NCBI GenBank assembly: GCA_964524405.1
Contig: CAZGDC010000001.1
Location: forward strand, 1 to 49,809
Source of the DNA: an uncultured Roseivirgaceae bacterium
Lineage (GTDB): Bacteria > Bacteroidota > Bacteroidia > Cytophagales > Cyclobacteriaceae
Direction of reading: 5' to 3'
Length of the DNA: 49,809 nucleotides
Both the position numbers and the translations under genes were made by a program. Of the stretch, positions 19,342-28,031 are shown one piece after another (the stretch's first letter is position 1; every line of letters begins with the position of its first letter). The notes under the pieces were generated by a model that was not told where the DNA came from, made no database searches, and saw only the letters and a list, made by a program, of their open reading frames with translations.

Positions 19342-20037
19342 ATGAGTATCCATATTTCTGCCCAAAAGGGCGACATTGCCGAAACAGTTTTATTGCCTGG
19401 TGATCCGTTAAGAGCAAAAGCAATTGCAGATAATTTTTTAACGGAGGCCGTTTGTTATAATAATGTACGCGGCATGTTAGGTTATACAGGCATGTATAAT
19501 GGCCAACGTGTTTCCGTGCAAGGCACGGGTATGGGCATGCCTTCTTTGGCAATTTATGTAAACGAGCTAATCCAATTAGGAGCCAAACGATTGATTAGAG
19601 TAGGTACTTGCGGTGCTTATAATAAGGATTTAAAAATTGGCGATATCATTATTGCACTTTCAGCATCAACAGATTCTAATATTAATGAGCATTATTTTCC
19701 TGGTGCTAGTTATGCTCCTACTGCTAGTTACGAATTATTGCATAGAACGTTCGAAGCTGCAAAAAAAGAAGGGCTAAAAGTGCAAGTTGGCCCCATATTT
19801 TCAAGCGATATTTTTTATCAAGATGACCCTATGCACTACGAGAGATGGGCGAAATTTGGCATTTTAGCAGTAGAAATGGAATCTGCTGCCTTATACGCAT
19901 TAGCCGCCAAACACGGTGTAGAAGCCCTCGCTATTCTAACGGTAAGCGATAGTTTGGTAACGGGAGCTATTGCTTCTGCGAAAGAACGAGAACAAAATTT
20001 TTTAAAAATGGCGACACTGGCATTAGACCAAGCATAG
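19342..20037 (+). CDS. deoD: Purine-nucleoside phosphorylase (DeoD type)
   Basis: MSIHISAQKGDIAETVLLPGDPLRAK, GMG.PS and VEMESAALY motifs. Start taken at Met16 of the track ORF. Confidence 0.93.
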   Translation: MSIHISAQKGDIAETVLLPGDPLRAKAIADNFLTEAVCYNNVRGMLGYTGMYNGQRVSVQGTGMGMPSLAIYVNELIQLGAKRLIRVGTCGAYNKDLKIGDIIIALSASTDSNINEHYFPGASYAPTASYELLHRTFEAAKKEGLKVQVGPIFSSDIFYQDDPMHYERWAKFGILAVEMESAALYALAAKHGVEALAILTVSDSLVTGAIASAKEREQNFLKMATLALDQA

Positions 20038-20309
20038 TATAATACCATTTTAATTTTGAGATGTCGTAATAATTAGATGGAGTTATTTTTTACAATATCG
20101 AGACAAAATCATTTAGTATCCCGAAACTTTCGTGACAGCAAATTATTTTAACGATGAAGTTGTGAAAAAGAACCAATCTAATGCGGCATTTCAATGTTAA
20201 TATGGCATAAATCGTATGATGCGGACTAAAGAAAAAGAAGCACGTTTTCACATGCTCCTTCCATTCAAAACATTAATATGTTTAAATTAACTACTTACCC
20301 AACTTTCCA

Positions 20310-22175
20310 TTATTTTCTAACCATCAACTCCGCAGATTCTACCAATCGAATAAATTCAGTTCTATAACCAAATTCATCTTTCCCTTTGGATTGATTAGCT
20401 AGCTCCAGTACTTGATTAAATGATTTGATGCTCATGTATTCAGAATCTCTCAAAATCATTCCAAATTCTGCAATTGCTGCCGCCCATTTAAAATTATTAG
20501 ATGCATACTTCCAATTTTTATCTGCATTATTAACTGTTTTAGTAATAAGCGTACTCGATTCACCTTCGGGTGCTTTATACCTGATTTTTACCGTCATCAT
20601 TTCTCCTTTAAAATTAGACTTGTTTGGGTTAGCAGTTTTTTGGTATTTCAGCGGATCCACAGCACTTTCATTAAACGCTACTCCAACAGGCACAATTTCA
20701 TATAATGCAGTAACCGTATGCCCTGCTCCTAATTCGCCTGCATCCTTTTTATCATCATTAAAATCTTCTTTGTTTAATAATCGGTTTTCGTACCCTATCA
20801 ATCGGTAGCTCTGTACTATTTTAGGATTAAACTCTACCTGAATTTTAACATCTTTGGCGATGGTAAATAATGTGCCTCCAAATTCGTTTACCAACACTTT
20901 TTTAGCCTCTAAAATAGTATCAATATAGGCATAGTTTCCATTCCCTTTGTCTGCTAATATCTCCATTTTAGAGTCTTTATAATTCCCCATCCCAAAACCA
21001 AGCACTGTTAAAAACACTCCGCTTTCACGCTCTTTCTCTATCAGCCGTTCCATTTCAGCATTACTAGAGGCTCCAATGTTAAAATCACCATCAGTAGCAA
21101 TAATTATACGGTTATTGCCTCCTTTAATAAATTGCTCTCGTGCGGTGGCATAAGCCAGTTTTATGCCAGCTCCACCTGCCGTAGATCCCCCAGCTTCTAA
21201 TCTATCTAAAGCGGCTATAATAGCTTCTTTGTTTTCGCCATTAGTAGGTGGCAAAACCAAGCCTGCAGCACCTGCATATACCACAATAGATACTTTATCT
21301 CCTTCTCTCAACTCACCTACCAATAGCTTTAAAGCAGATTTTAATAAGGGCAACTTTTTAGGACTATTCATAGAGCCAGAAACATCCAACAAAAAAACTA
21401 AGTTTGAATTTGGAAGGTCTTCTATGTTGATTTTTTTGCCCTGGATACCAATATGCACCAATTGGTGTGTAGGGTTCCAAGGAGCTGAAGCCAATTCGGT
21501 AGTTACTGAAAATACTTCATTACTTTTAGGAGCTTCATAATCATAATTAAAATAGTTTATTAGTTCTTCAATCCTAATGGCATCTTTTGGAGGGGTTTGC
21601 CCATTCATTAAAAACCTGCGCATATTGCTGTACGAAGCGGCATCTACATCTATTGAAAAGGTAGAAAGCGGATCATTCAATGGATTTTTATACCCATTTT
21701 CGTGTATAGCACTATACTCTTCGGTGTTCCAATTAGGATACGTTTTTGGATATACCACACCTCTTATTACTAGCCTCTTCGCAGTCGATTTATTCCTAGA
21801 AACTGCGCCCACTACATCCATTATGGCAATCTCCCTCTCAGGTTGTTCTTCTTGCGTTATATTAAGTGCTAGTTGCACTTTTATAAAAGTTTTATTCCCA
21901 ACCTTAACCTGCTTGCTGGCATAACCACTCATTTCAATCAAAAGTGTATTATTAGAAAGAGCCTCAATTACAAACACTCCTTTTGTATTTGTAAATACAT
22001 AATTTAAACTACCTACTACTAGTATTTTAGCCCCTATTATAGGTGTTTGGGTCGAAGCATCCTTTACAATTCCTTTAATCGGATTCGCAAATACTTTACT
22101 AGTAAGTATCAATAACATCACTAAGAAGAATAATTTTTTTAATTTTTTCATAATCATATTTTTGTGTTGTTTCAT
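20310..22175 (-). CDS. Secreted VWA-domain protein (YfbK-like) with N-terminal CarboxypepD_reg-like domain
   Basis: Signal peptide (MKKLKKLFFLVMLLILTSKVFA), a beta-sandwich-like IKGIVKDASTQTPIIGAKILV segment and a MIDAS motif (LVFLLDVSGSM). The start is ambiguous (ATG at 22175, 22157 or 22151; the track uses TTG 22229). Confidence 0.87.
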   Translation of the reverse strand: MKQHKNMIMKKLKKLFFLVMLLILTSKVFANPIKGIVKDASTQTPIIGAKILVVGSLNYVFTNTKGVFVIEALSNNTLLIEMSGYASKQVKVGNKTFIKVQLALNITQEEQPEREIAIMDVVGAVSRNKSTAKRLVIRGVVYPKTYPNWNTEEYSAIHENGYKNPLNDPLSTFSIDVDAASYSNMRRFLMNGQTPPKDAIRIEELINYFNYDYEAPKSNEVFSVTTELASAPWNPTHQLVHIGIQGKKINIEDLPNSNLVFLLDVSGSMNSPKKLPLLKSALKLLVGELREGDKVSIVVYAGAAGLVLPPTNGENKEAIIAALDRLEAGGSTAGGAGIKLAYATAREQFIKGGNNRIIIATDGDFNIGASSNAEMERLIEKERESGVFLTVLGFGMGNYKDSKMEILADKGNGNYAYIDTILEAKKVLVNEFGGTLFTIAKDVKIQVEFNPKIVQSYRLIGYENRLLNKEDFNDDKKDAGELGAGHTVTALYEIVPVGVAFNESAVDPLKYQKTANPNKSNFKGEMMTVKIRYKAPEGESSTLITKTVNNADKNWKYASNNFKWAAAIAEFGMILRDSEYMSIKSFNQVLELANQSKGKDEFGYRTEFIRLVESAELMVRK

Positions 22176-22236
22176 TTTAATGAGGCTAGAATTAATCGAA
22201 TTCCATAAATAAATTTCATTTTTGTACAAGAGCTAT

Positions 22237-22812
22237 ATGAAATTACTTGGAAAAATATCTTCTTTAAGCGAACAAGAGCTTATTGAGCGCTATAAAAAAA
22301 AGCGTGATCAAAAGTATGTAGCAGAACTATTTAGCAGATACAGTCATTTAATAATGGGTGTATGTATGAAATATCTAAAAAACACAGAAGCTTCAAAAGA
22401 TGGAGTAATGCATCTTTATGAAATACTTTCGGAAAAAGTATTAACTAGCAAAATAGATAATTTTGGAGGGTGGGTGTATGTGGTAACCAAAAACTATTGC
22501 ATTGGAGAGCTTAGAAAACAAGCAAAAATTAGTGAAGAACAAAAAAACTTGGTGGAACGTATGGAATTTGAGCTATTGCCTACTCCTACTAATAACTATG
22601 ATTTTGAACAACAACTAATAGCATTAGAAAACTGCATAAAAGAACTTAATAAGGAGCAGGCAACATGCGTAAGTCTATTTTATTTAAAGAAAAAAAATTA
22701 TCGAGAAGTTACCAACTTAACAGGTTTCTCCTTAAACAAAGTAAAAAGTAATATTCAAAACGGGAAACGAAATTTAAAAAACTGCATAGAAACATCTATT
22801 GAAAAGAAATAA
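22237..22812 (+). CDS. ECF-type RNA polymerase sigma-70 factor
   Basis: About 190 aa with a region 2 (AELFSRYSHLIMGVCMKYL) and a region 4 HTH (NYREVTNLTGFSLNKVKSNIQNGKRNLK). Start placed at ATG 22237. Confidence 0.9.
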   Translation: MKLLGKISSLSEQELIERYKKKRDQKYVAELFSRYSHLIMGVCMKYLKNTEASKDGVMHLYEILSEKVLTSKIDNFGGWVYVVTKNYCIGELRKQAKISEEQKNLVERMEFELLPTPTNNYDFEQQLIALENCIKELNKEQATCVSLFYLKKKNYREVTNLTGFSLNKVKSNIQNGKRNLKNCIETSIEKK

Positions 22813-23818
22813 ATACGATATCGATATTTATAAGCATTTAGCACCAGAAGAACTCCTTGATTATAACCAAGGAATTTTAGGAAGCAGTGAGATGTACCGA
22901 TTAGAGCTTCACTTAAATGAATGCTCCCTTTGTAGTGATGCCTTAGAAGGAATGGCTGATGTGAAAAACCCGAAAGAGGTACTTAGTGCTATCAATAAAG
23001 AGATTAACCCCATTGAAGAAACAACTATTTCTATAACCTATTGGACCATTGCAGCGAGTATCACATTACTCGCTTTGGTAGGCATTTCTTATTGGTTTTT
23101 ATCAAAACCGGTAAACGAACCTACACTTGCCATAAACACACCCCCACTAGAAATTTTAGAAGAAAAACCCATCTTAGATAAAACCCCTGCTATTATTGAT
23201 AGTGCCGAAGACATTCTAACGGAGGAACCTCCCGTGCAAACAGAAGAAACGGAAAGAACAACCGTGGCTGTGGAACATGAAAAACCTAAACAGCAACCGA
23301 TAATTAGCAGGCAAGAGATTGAACACCCTGAGGCCACTGAAGACATCATTAGTGTAGAGCAAGTTAGTGGTGCTGTTAATAACGTTGCCGCTATTGAAGA
23401 AGCAATGATTAAGCCTATAGAATCGGATGCGGAAATTCTTGCTGAGGTTGTTGAAGCGAACCCAACAAATGCTTCAAAAGCACGTAAAAAAGAGTCGAAA
23501 GCACAAAGCATTCCCATGAAAGACCAAAATGAACCAATACCAACAGGAGGGATGCCAGCACTCAAAGCTTACATCAATCAAAATTTAATATACCCACAAA
23601 AAGCTGTTGATAATAAAATAAAAGGCACGGTAATTTTGGAGGTAACTATAAATAGCGATGGATCTATAAATAACATAAGTGTAATTAAAGGAATTGGTTT
23701 TGGATGTGATGCAGAAGCGATGCGGCTTATTTCAACAGGCCCTAGTTGGACTCCAAAGGTTGAAAATGGCACTGGCGTTAAAGCCAGCCGCCAACTAAAA
23801 ATAAAGTTTAAAAAATAA
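22799..23818 (+). CDS. Anti-sigma factor (zf-HC2) fused to a C-terminal TonB_C domain
   Basis: HLNECSLCSDALEG zinc-finger motif, one TM helix (WTIAASITLLALVGISYWFL), an acidic/Pro spacer of about 150 aa and a TonB_C-like end (GGMPALKAYINQNLIYPQKAVDNKIKGTVILEVTINSDGSI). The TTG start overlaps the sigma stop by 14 nt. Confidence 0.8.
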   Translation: MKRNKYDIDIYKHLAPEELLDYNQGILGSSEMYRLELHLNECSLCSDALEGMADVKNPKEVLSAINKEINPIEETTISITYWTIAASITLLALVGISYWFLSKPVNEPTLAINTPPLEILEEKPILDKTPAIIDSAEDILTEEPPVQTEETERTTVAVEHEKPKQQPIISRQEIEHPEATEDIISVEQVSGAVNNVAAIEEAMIKPIESDAEILAEVVEANPTNASKARKKESKAQSIPMKDQNEPIPTGGMPALKAYINQNLIYPQKAVDNKIKGTVILEVTINSDGSINNISVIKGIGFGCDAEAMRLISTGPSWTPKVENGTGVKASRQLKIKFKK

Positions 23819-23836
23819 ATATTGCTCCTTAGATAT

Positions 23837-24475
23837 ATGTTAAAATCATTACTGCTTAGCTTAACACTCCTACTCATAGGCACTTTATCATTTGCCCAAA
23901 AAGAGGTAATTATTAAAGGCATCGTGTTAGGCGATGACGATATGCAACCACTTCCTTTTGCTCATATCGTAATCGACTCCACAGGAACAACCTCTAATAT
24001 TTATGGCCGTTTTGAACTAAAAATAAATAAAACCGACACCTTGCATTTTTCTTATATTGGCTATAAAAAGAAAAATTATGTTATCCCAGATTCTATTACC
24101 TCTAATGAAGTTATAATTGAACTAATATTATTGAAGGATATTACTTATTTGAAAGCTATTACTGTTACCTCTTTACCCGCTACTTTATCGGATTTAAAAG
24201 AGGAATTAATGGAAACAGAAGTGCCCATAGAGAAAGAAATTGAGCACGCAAAAAAAGGGATTGAATTAGCAACCTATCAGTACCTCTATATGAAATCGTT
24301 TAAACTTAAAATGGATGCTTATGATAACCATGCAATGTTTTTACGAGGTAATGAAGGCCTTAACCCTGCAGGAGGCAATGTTAAAGGAATGTTAAAATTT
24401 TTAAAAAATAGAGCAGAAGGAAAACCTTTAGAAGGCACATATCAACATTATAAATACTATCAGAAAAACAAATAG
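23837..24475 (+). CDS. Secreted CarboxypepD_reg-like domain protein
   Basis: Signal peptide, then IIKGIVLGDDDMQPLPFAHIVIDSTGTTSNIYGRFEL..LHFSYIGYKK, which is typical of the CarboxypepD_reg fold. The C-terminal half is unassigned. Confidence 0.62.
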   Translation: MLKSLLLSLTLLLIGTLSFAQKEVIIKGIVLGDDDMQPLPFAHIVIDSTGTTSNIYGRFELKINKTDTLHFSYIGYKKKNYVIPDSITSNEVIIELILLKDITYLKAITVTSLPATLSDLKEELMETEVPIEKEIEHAKKGIELATYQYLYMKSFKLKMDAYDNHAMFLRGNEGLNPAGGNVKGMLKFLKNRAEGKPLEGTYQHYKYYQKNK

Positions 24476-24503
24476 TAATGAAGGAAACGTTGGCTCATTT
24501 CTT

Positions 24504-24511
24504 TAACTTTG
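24504..24511 (+). promoter_or_regulatory. Bacteroidota -7 promoter box TAACTTTG (lrp-like operon)
   Basis: Exact TAnnTTTG match 18 nt upstream of ATG 24530. Confidence 0.4.
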
Positions 24512-24529
24512 CAACATTAATCAAAAGCC

Positions 24530-25000
24530 ATGAGTAAATTCAAATTAGATAATATCGATCGTCATATTTTAAAAATACTACAGCAAAAAGGAAGAATAAC
24601 AAATTCTCAATTATCGAAGGATATTGGACTTTCTCCTGCACCCACTTTAGAGCGTGTAAAAAAATTAGAACAAACAAACTATATCAAAAGCTATCATGCG
24701 ACACTAAATAGAGAAAAACTAGGTTTAGGGGTAACAACTTTTGTAATGGTATCGCTTAAACAACATAATAAAGAAACTATTGATAAGTTTATTAAGTCAA
24801 TAGATCGTTTAGATAAGGTTATTGAATGTCATCATACAACTGGCACGGCTGACTTTATGTTAAAAGTGGTTTCCGAAGATATTGCTAGTTATCAAAAATT
24901 AATGCTTGAAGAAATAAGTAATATTGAAGTAATTGCAGATATGCAATCGGTGGTTATTCTTTCTACTTTTAAAGATAGTAAATCTGTTCCTGTAAACTAA
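24530..25000 (+). CDS. Lrp/AsnC-family transcriptional regulator
   Basis: LDNIDRHILKILQQKGRITNSQLSKDIGLSPAPTLERVKKLE HTH plus a C-terminal RAM/AsnC_trans_reg domain. Confidence 0.92.
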   Translation: MSKFKLDNIDRHILKILQQKGRITNSQLSKDIGLSPAPTLERVKKLEQTNYIKSYHATLNREKLGLGVTTFVMVSLKQHNKETIDKFIKSIDRLDKVIECHHTTGTADFMLKVVSEDIASYQKLMLEEISNIEVIADMQSVVILSTFKDSKSVPVN

Positions 25001-25506
25001 TGGCAGATAGCACTCCAATAATAGTACTTGATGCCGTTCAAATAGATCAGAGAATTAGGCGGATTGCGTACCAAATTTATGAGAACAATTACGGAGTAAA
25101 AGAGCTTATTTTAGCTGGTATTTGCGAGCAAGGAGAAGTATTAGCAACCCTATTGTCCAATATTCTGAAAGAAATATCTCCCATAAAAACCAAGGTGCTA
25201 AAAATTAATTTGAATAAGAAAAACCCGTCTGACCCAATGGAAGAAAAAGAGTTGCCCACCAACTTAACCAATAAAGTGATAATTATGGTGGACGATGTGC
25301 TTAATACGGGTAAAACATTGGCATACAGCTTAAAGCCTTTTTTAGACCAAAAAATAAAAAAAATTGAAGTAGCGGTACTGATCAATAGAAGTCATACGGC
25401 TTTCCCTATTTATCCAAAATATACAGGATATGAGCTTTCAACTACTCTTTCTGAGCATATTATAGTAAAAATGAGTGGAAAAGAAAAAGGAGTTTACCTA
25501 ACCTAA
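25000..25506 (+). CDS. PyrR-like phosphoribosyltransferase-family protein
   Basis: PRPP-binding loop ([15 protein letters not shown]) and a PyrR-like tail ([21 protein letters not shown]). The start shares 1 nt with the lrp stop (TAATG). Confidence 0.82.
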   Translation: MADSTPIIVLDAVQIDQRIRRIAYQIYENNYGVKELILAGICEQGEVLATLLSNILKEISPIKTKVLKINLNKKNPSDPMEEKELPTNLTNKVIIMVDDVLNTGKTLAYSLKPFLDQKIKKIEVAVLINRSHTAFPIYPKYTGYELSTTLSEHIIVKMSGKEKGVYLT

Positions 25507-25507
25507 T

Positions 25508-26326
25508 ATGTCGGCACATAAAGCAAATATTAAAAAAATTACCACTCACCGATTGCTTGAAATGAAGCAAAATGGAGAAAAAATTGCTATGCTAACAGCA
25601 TACGATTATTCGATGGCTCGCTTGCTAGATGGTGCTGGTATTGACATTTTATTGGTGGGCGACTCGGCCTCCAATGTAATGGCAGGCCATGAAACCACAT
25701 TGCCCATTACACTGGATCAAATGATTTACCATGCAGCTTCCGTAATTCGTGCGGTTGAAAGAGCTTTGGTGGTAGTTGATTTACCTTTTGGCTCTTATCA
25801 AGGTAATTCGGGCGAAGCTCTTCGGTCGGCTATCCGTATTATGAAAGAATCGGGAGCTCATGCCGTAAAGCTCGAAGGTGGTGCAGAAATTAAAGAGTCT
25901 GTTGCCCGAATTTTAACAGCTGGCGTTCCTGTAATGGGGCATTTAGGATTAACACCTCAGAGCATCTATAAATTTGGAACTTACACCGTAAGAGCCAAAG
26001 AGGAGGAGGAAGCAAAAAAACTAATTGAAGATGCCAAATTATTGGAAAAAGCAGGTTGTTTTGCCATTGTACTAGAAAAAATTCCAGCTTCGTTAGCCGC
26101 CAAGGTAGCTAACGCCCTACAAATACCTGTTATTGGTATTGGTGCAGGACAAGAAGTGGATGGTCAAGTACTGGTTATGCAGGATATGCTAGGCATTACC
26201 CAAGATTTTAAACCACGATTTTTACGAATGTATGCCGATTTGCAAAAAGTTATTACTGATGCGGTGGGTAATTATATTTCCGATGTAAAATCTAACGATT
26301 TTCCCAATGAGCAAGAGCAGTACTAA
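25508..26326 (+). CDS. panB: 3-methyl-2-oxobutanoate hydroxymethyltransferase
   Basis: MLTAYDY, LVGDS and VKLEGG motifs, 272 aa. Confidence 0.96.
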   Translation: MSAHKANIKKITTHRLLEMKQNGEKIAMLTAYDYSMARLLDGAGIDILLVGDSASNVMAGHETTLPITLDQMIYHAASVIRAVERALVVVDLPFGSYQGNSGEALRSAIRIMKESGAHAVKLEGGAEIKESVARILTAGVPVMGHLGLTPQSIYKFGTYTVRAKEEEEAKKLIEDAKLLEKAGCFAIVLEKIPASLAAKVANALQIPVIGIGAGQEVDGQVLVMQDMLGITQDFKPRFLRMYADLQKVITDAVGNYISDVKSNDFPNEQEQY

Positions 26327-26873
26327 AATTATAAAAATGACTGAGCTTAATGGGCTTGACGTTTCTACAGGAAAAAAATTATTCCCTGCTGATAAAAACT
26401 ATATTCTTAAAGAAGTACAGGTAAAAACTGAAAACGAATTGCTTGACTGGTTAGTAGAATATGTAAAAGAATATTACGAAACTTTTCATAATCCATTGGG
26501 CTTAGTTGATACCACCATTGAAACCATACGAGCTGCCAGCTTTGATAATTCTGCTATCTTTCAAGATTTTTATAATGATTTGGCTGGCATTTACCGGTAC
26601 AAACATGGCGAGGTTCAATTAGCATTTTTATTTGATGGAGATTCGCATTATACCAAATACAAATCGGAGTGGAAAGTTACTTATATGAAATGGGTAACCC
26701 AGCTACTTTCTAATAGAGTGATAATGCGAGCGTTTTTAGAAATTACCGTATTTGGTGTAAATCACCCTAAGCAGTTTGAGCTAATACTAAACAGACTTAA
26801 AATTTATGTGGAGCAGCATTTTCAGCTTAAAATTTACAAATACCGAGGAATACAAGAAGTAAATGCTGCTTAG
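26307..26873 (+). CDS. Hypothetical protein
   Basis: 188-aa ORF with no recognisable motif. An alternative ATG at 26337 would remove the 20-nt overlap with panB. Confidence 0.6.
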   Translation: MSKSSTKIIKMTELNGLDVSTGKKLFPADKNYILKEVQVKTENELLDWLVEYVKEYYETFHNPLGLVDTTIETIRAASFDNSAIFQDFYNDLAGIYRYKHGEVQLAFLFDGDSHYTKYKSEWKVTYMKWVTQLLSNRVIMRAFLEITVFGVNHPKQFELILNRLKIYVEQHFQLKIYKYRGIQEVNAA

Positions 26874-26938
26874 GCACTGTTAAAGAATAAATGCTTCGAA
26901 TTTGACGCAGAAATTTTGTTTGTATTTGTATTTGAGGC

Positions 26939-26977
26939 AAAAAACCTAAGCATAGCATAGCTATGGTTCGGTTTTTT
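26939..26977. terminator. Imperfect bidirectional terminator hairpin
   Basis: 13-position stem with 11 pairs (aacctaagcatag / ctatggttcggtt), flanked by A6 and T6 runs, between convergent genes. Confidence 0.4.
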
Positions 26978-27035
26978 AACGAAAAAGACAGACAAAAGAG
27001 CTAGTCAAAAAGGAGTAGTTATTCCTTCACAACGC

Positions 27036-27299
27036 CTAATGTCTTATTTTAAAGCCAATAAACATTTGACCTTTACCTTCTGAAATTATTACCTCCTCAA
27101 TATTGGCCATTTTGGGGCCGCCTGCTTTTATCCAATCAATCAGTTCTTCCACTTTCTCTCCTTGTGCTTCAAGATAGACGTCACCATTTTGCTCATTTCG
27201 AACAAAGCCAGAAAGCCCAAGCACCTCTGCTTTTTCTTTGGTTAATGCCCGAAAAAACACACCTTGCACCTTACCCTTTACTGTTATTTTAAAATGCAT
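27036..27299 (-). CDS. acyP: Acylphosphatase
   Basis: 87 aa with the VKGKVQGVFFR signature and a GFVRN motif. Confidence 0.9.
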   Translation of the reverse strand: MHFKITVKGKVQGVFFRALTKEKAEVLGLSGFVRNEQNGDVYLEAQGEKVEELIDWIKAGGPKMANIEEVIISEGKGQMFIGFKIRH

Positions 27300-27489
27300 G
27301 TAGATTTTGAATTTTTTTTAAACTGCTTTCAAACTGCTCTTGTGTCTTTTCATCAACAATTCCGAATCTGCCAGCTGAAGGAATCAAATCATATTTAATG
27401 TCATTAACTCCACGATAATATAGAACATCAGAAAAACCAGTAATTTCATTGATATAATGTTCTAATGAATTAATTACTATGTCTTTCAT
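27289..27489 (-). pseudogene. Truncated FRG-domain gene fragment (N-terminal ~60 aa only)
   Basis: LYYRGVNDIKYDLIPSAGR matches the FRG core (YRG...L.PS..R). The ORF stops 10 nt inside the acylphosphatase gene, at roughly a quarter of typical FRG protein length. Confidence 0.55.
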
Positions 27490-28017
27490 TTAATCTTTAC
27501 CTTTTTGCTTAAATCCCATAGCCTCATTAGGCTTATTATTCTCTTTTATAAATCTATTGAGGTATTCAAAAACTTGCTTTATGCTTTTATCCTGGTTGGT
27601 AACTTTAGATTTCAACTCATTCATTTTAAGTAATAAATCTTTGTGGGTTAAAAGTATTTCTCTAATTCAATTAAAAACTCTGATAATTTGAATATTTACC
27701 GAAATAGCCTTTTCGCTATTTAATACACTCGATAACATAAGCACTCCGTGTTCCGTAAAAACAAATGGCAATTTTCTTCTTCCACCCCAACTTGAAGTCT
27801 CAAATTGCGACTTCAAGTTTTCCTATTCTTTTGCTGTAAGTTGAAACATAAAATCCTCAGGGAAACGAGCAGTATTTCTTTTTACTTGTTCGTTTAGCCG
27901 TTTAGTTTCTACCCCATAAAGTTCAGCCAAATCACTGTCTAACATAACTTTTATTGACCTAACCAAGTAAATTTTACTTGAAATTATTTCATCAGGAATA
28001 GAAACTTCTTTACTCAT
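27490..28017 (-). pseudogene. ORF6N-domain (KilA-N-like DNA-binding) gene inactivated by two in-frame stop codons
   Basis: One 176-codon frame reads [121 protein letters not shown]... The TAG is at 27823-27825 and the TGA at 27667-27669. There is no frameshift. Confidence 0.8.
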
Positions 28018-28031
28018 CTTTGCTATTAATT

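Noticed and set aside
22176-22236. GAATT-N5-AATTC inverted repeat in the VWA/sigma divergent promoter region, as a possible operator.
   Set aside because: 5-bp arms in low-GC DNA are expected by chance. The region is noted only as part of the module finding.
27667-27825. In-frame TAG and TGA in the ORF6N gene could indicate stop-codon recoding (Sec/Pyl) or an alternative genetic code.
   Set aside because: TGA and TAG end well-supported neighbouring genes at conserved-length C-termini (TGA in dusB, mreC and mrdA; TAG in the K+ channel, acyP and the ALDH). I saw no SECIS-like context. A pseudogene is the simpler reading.
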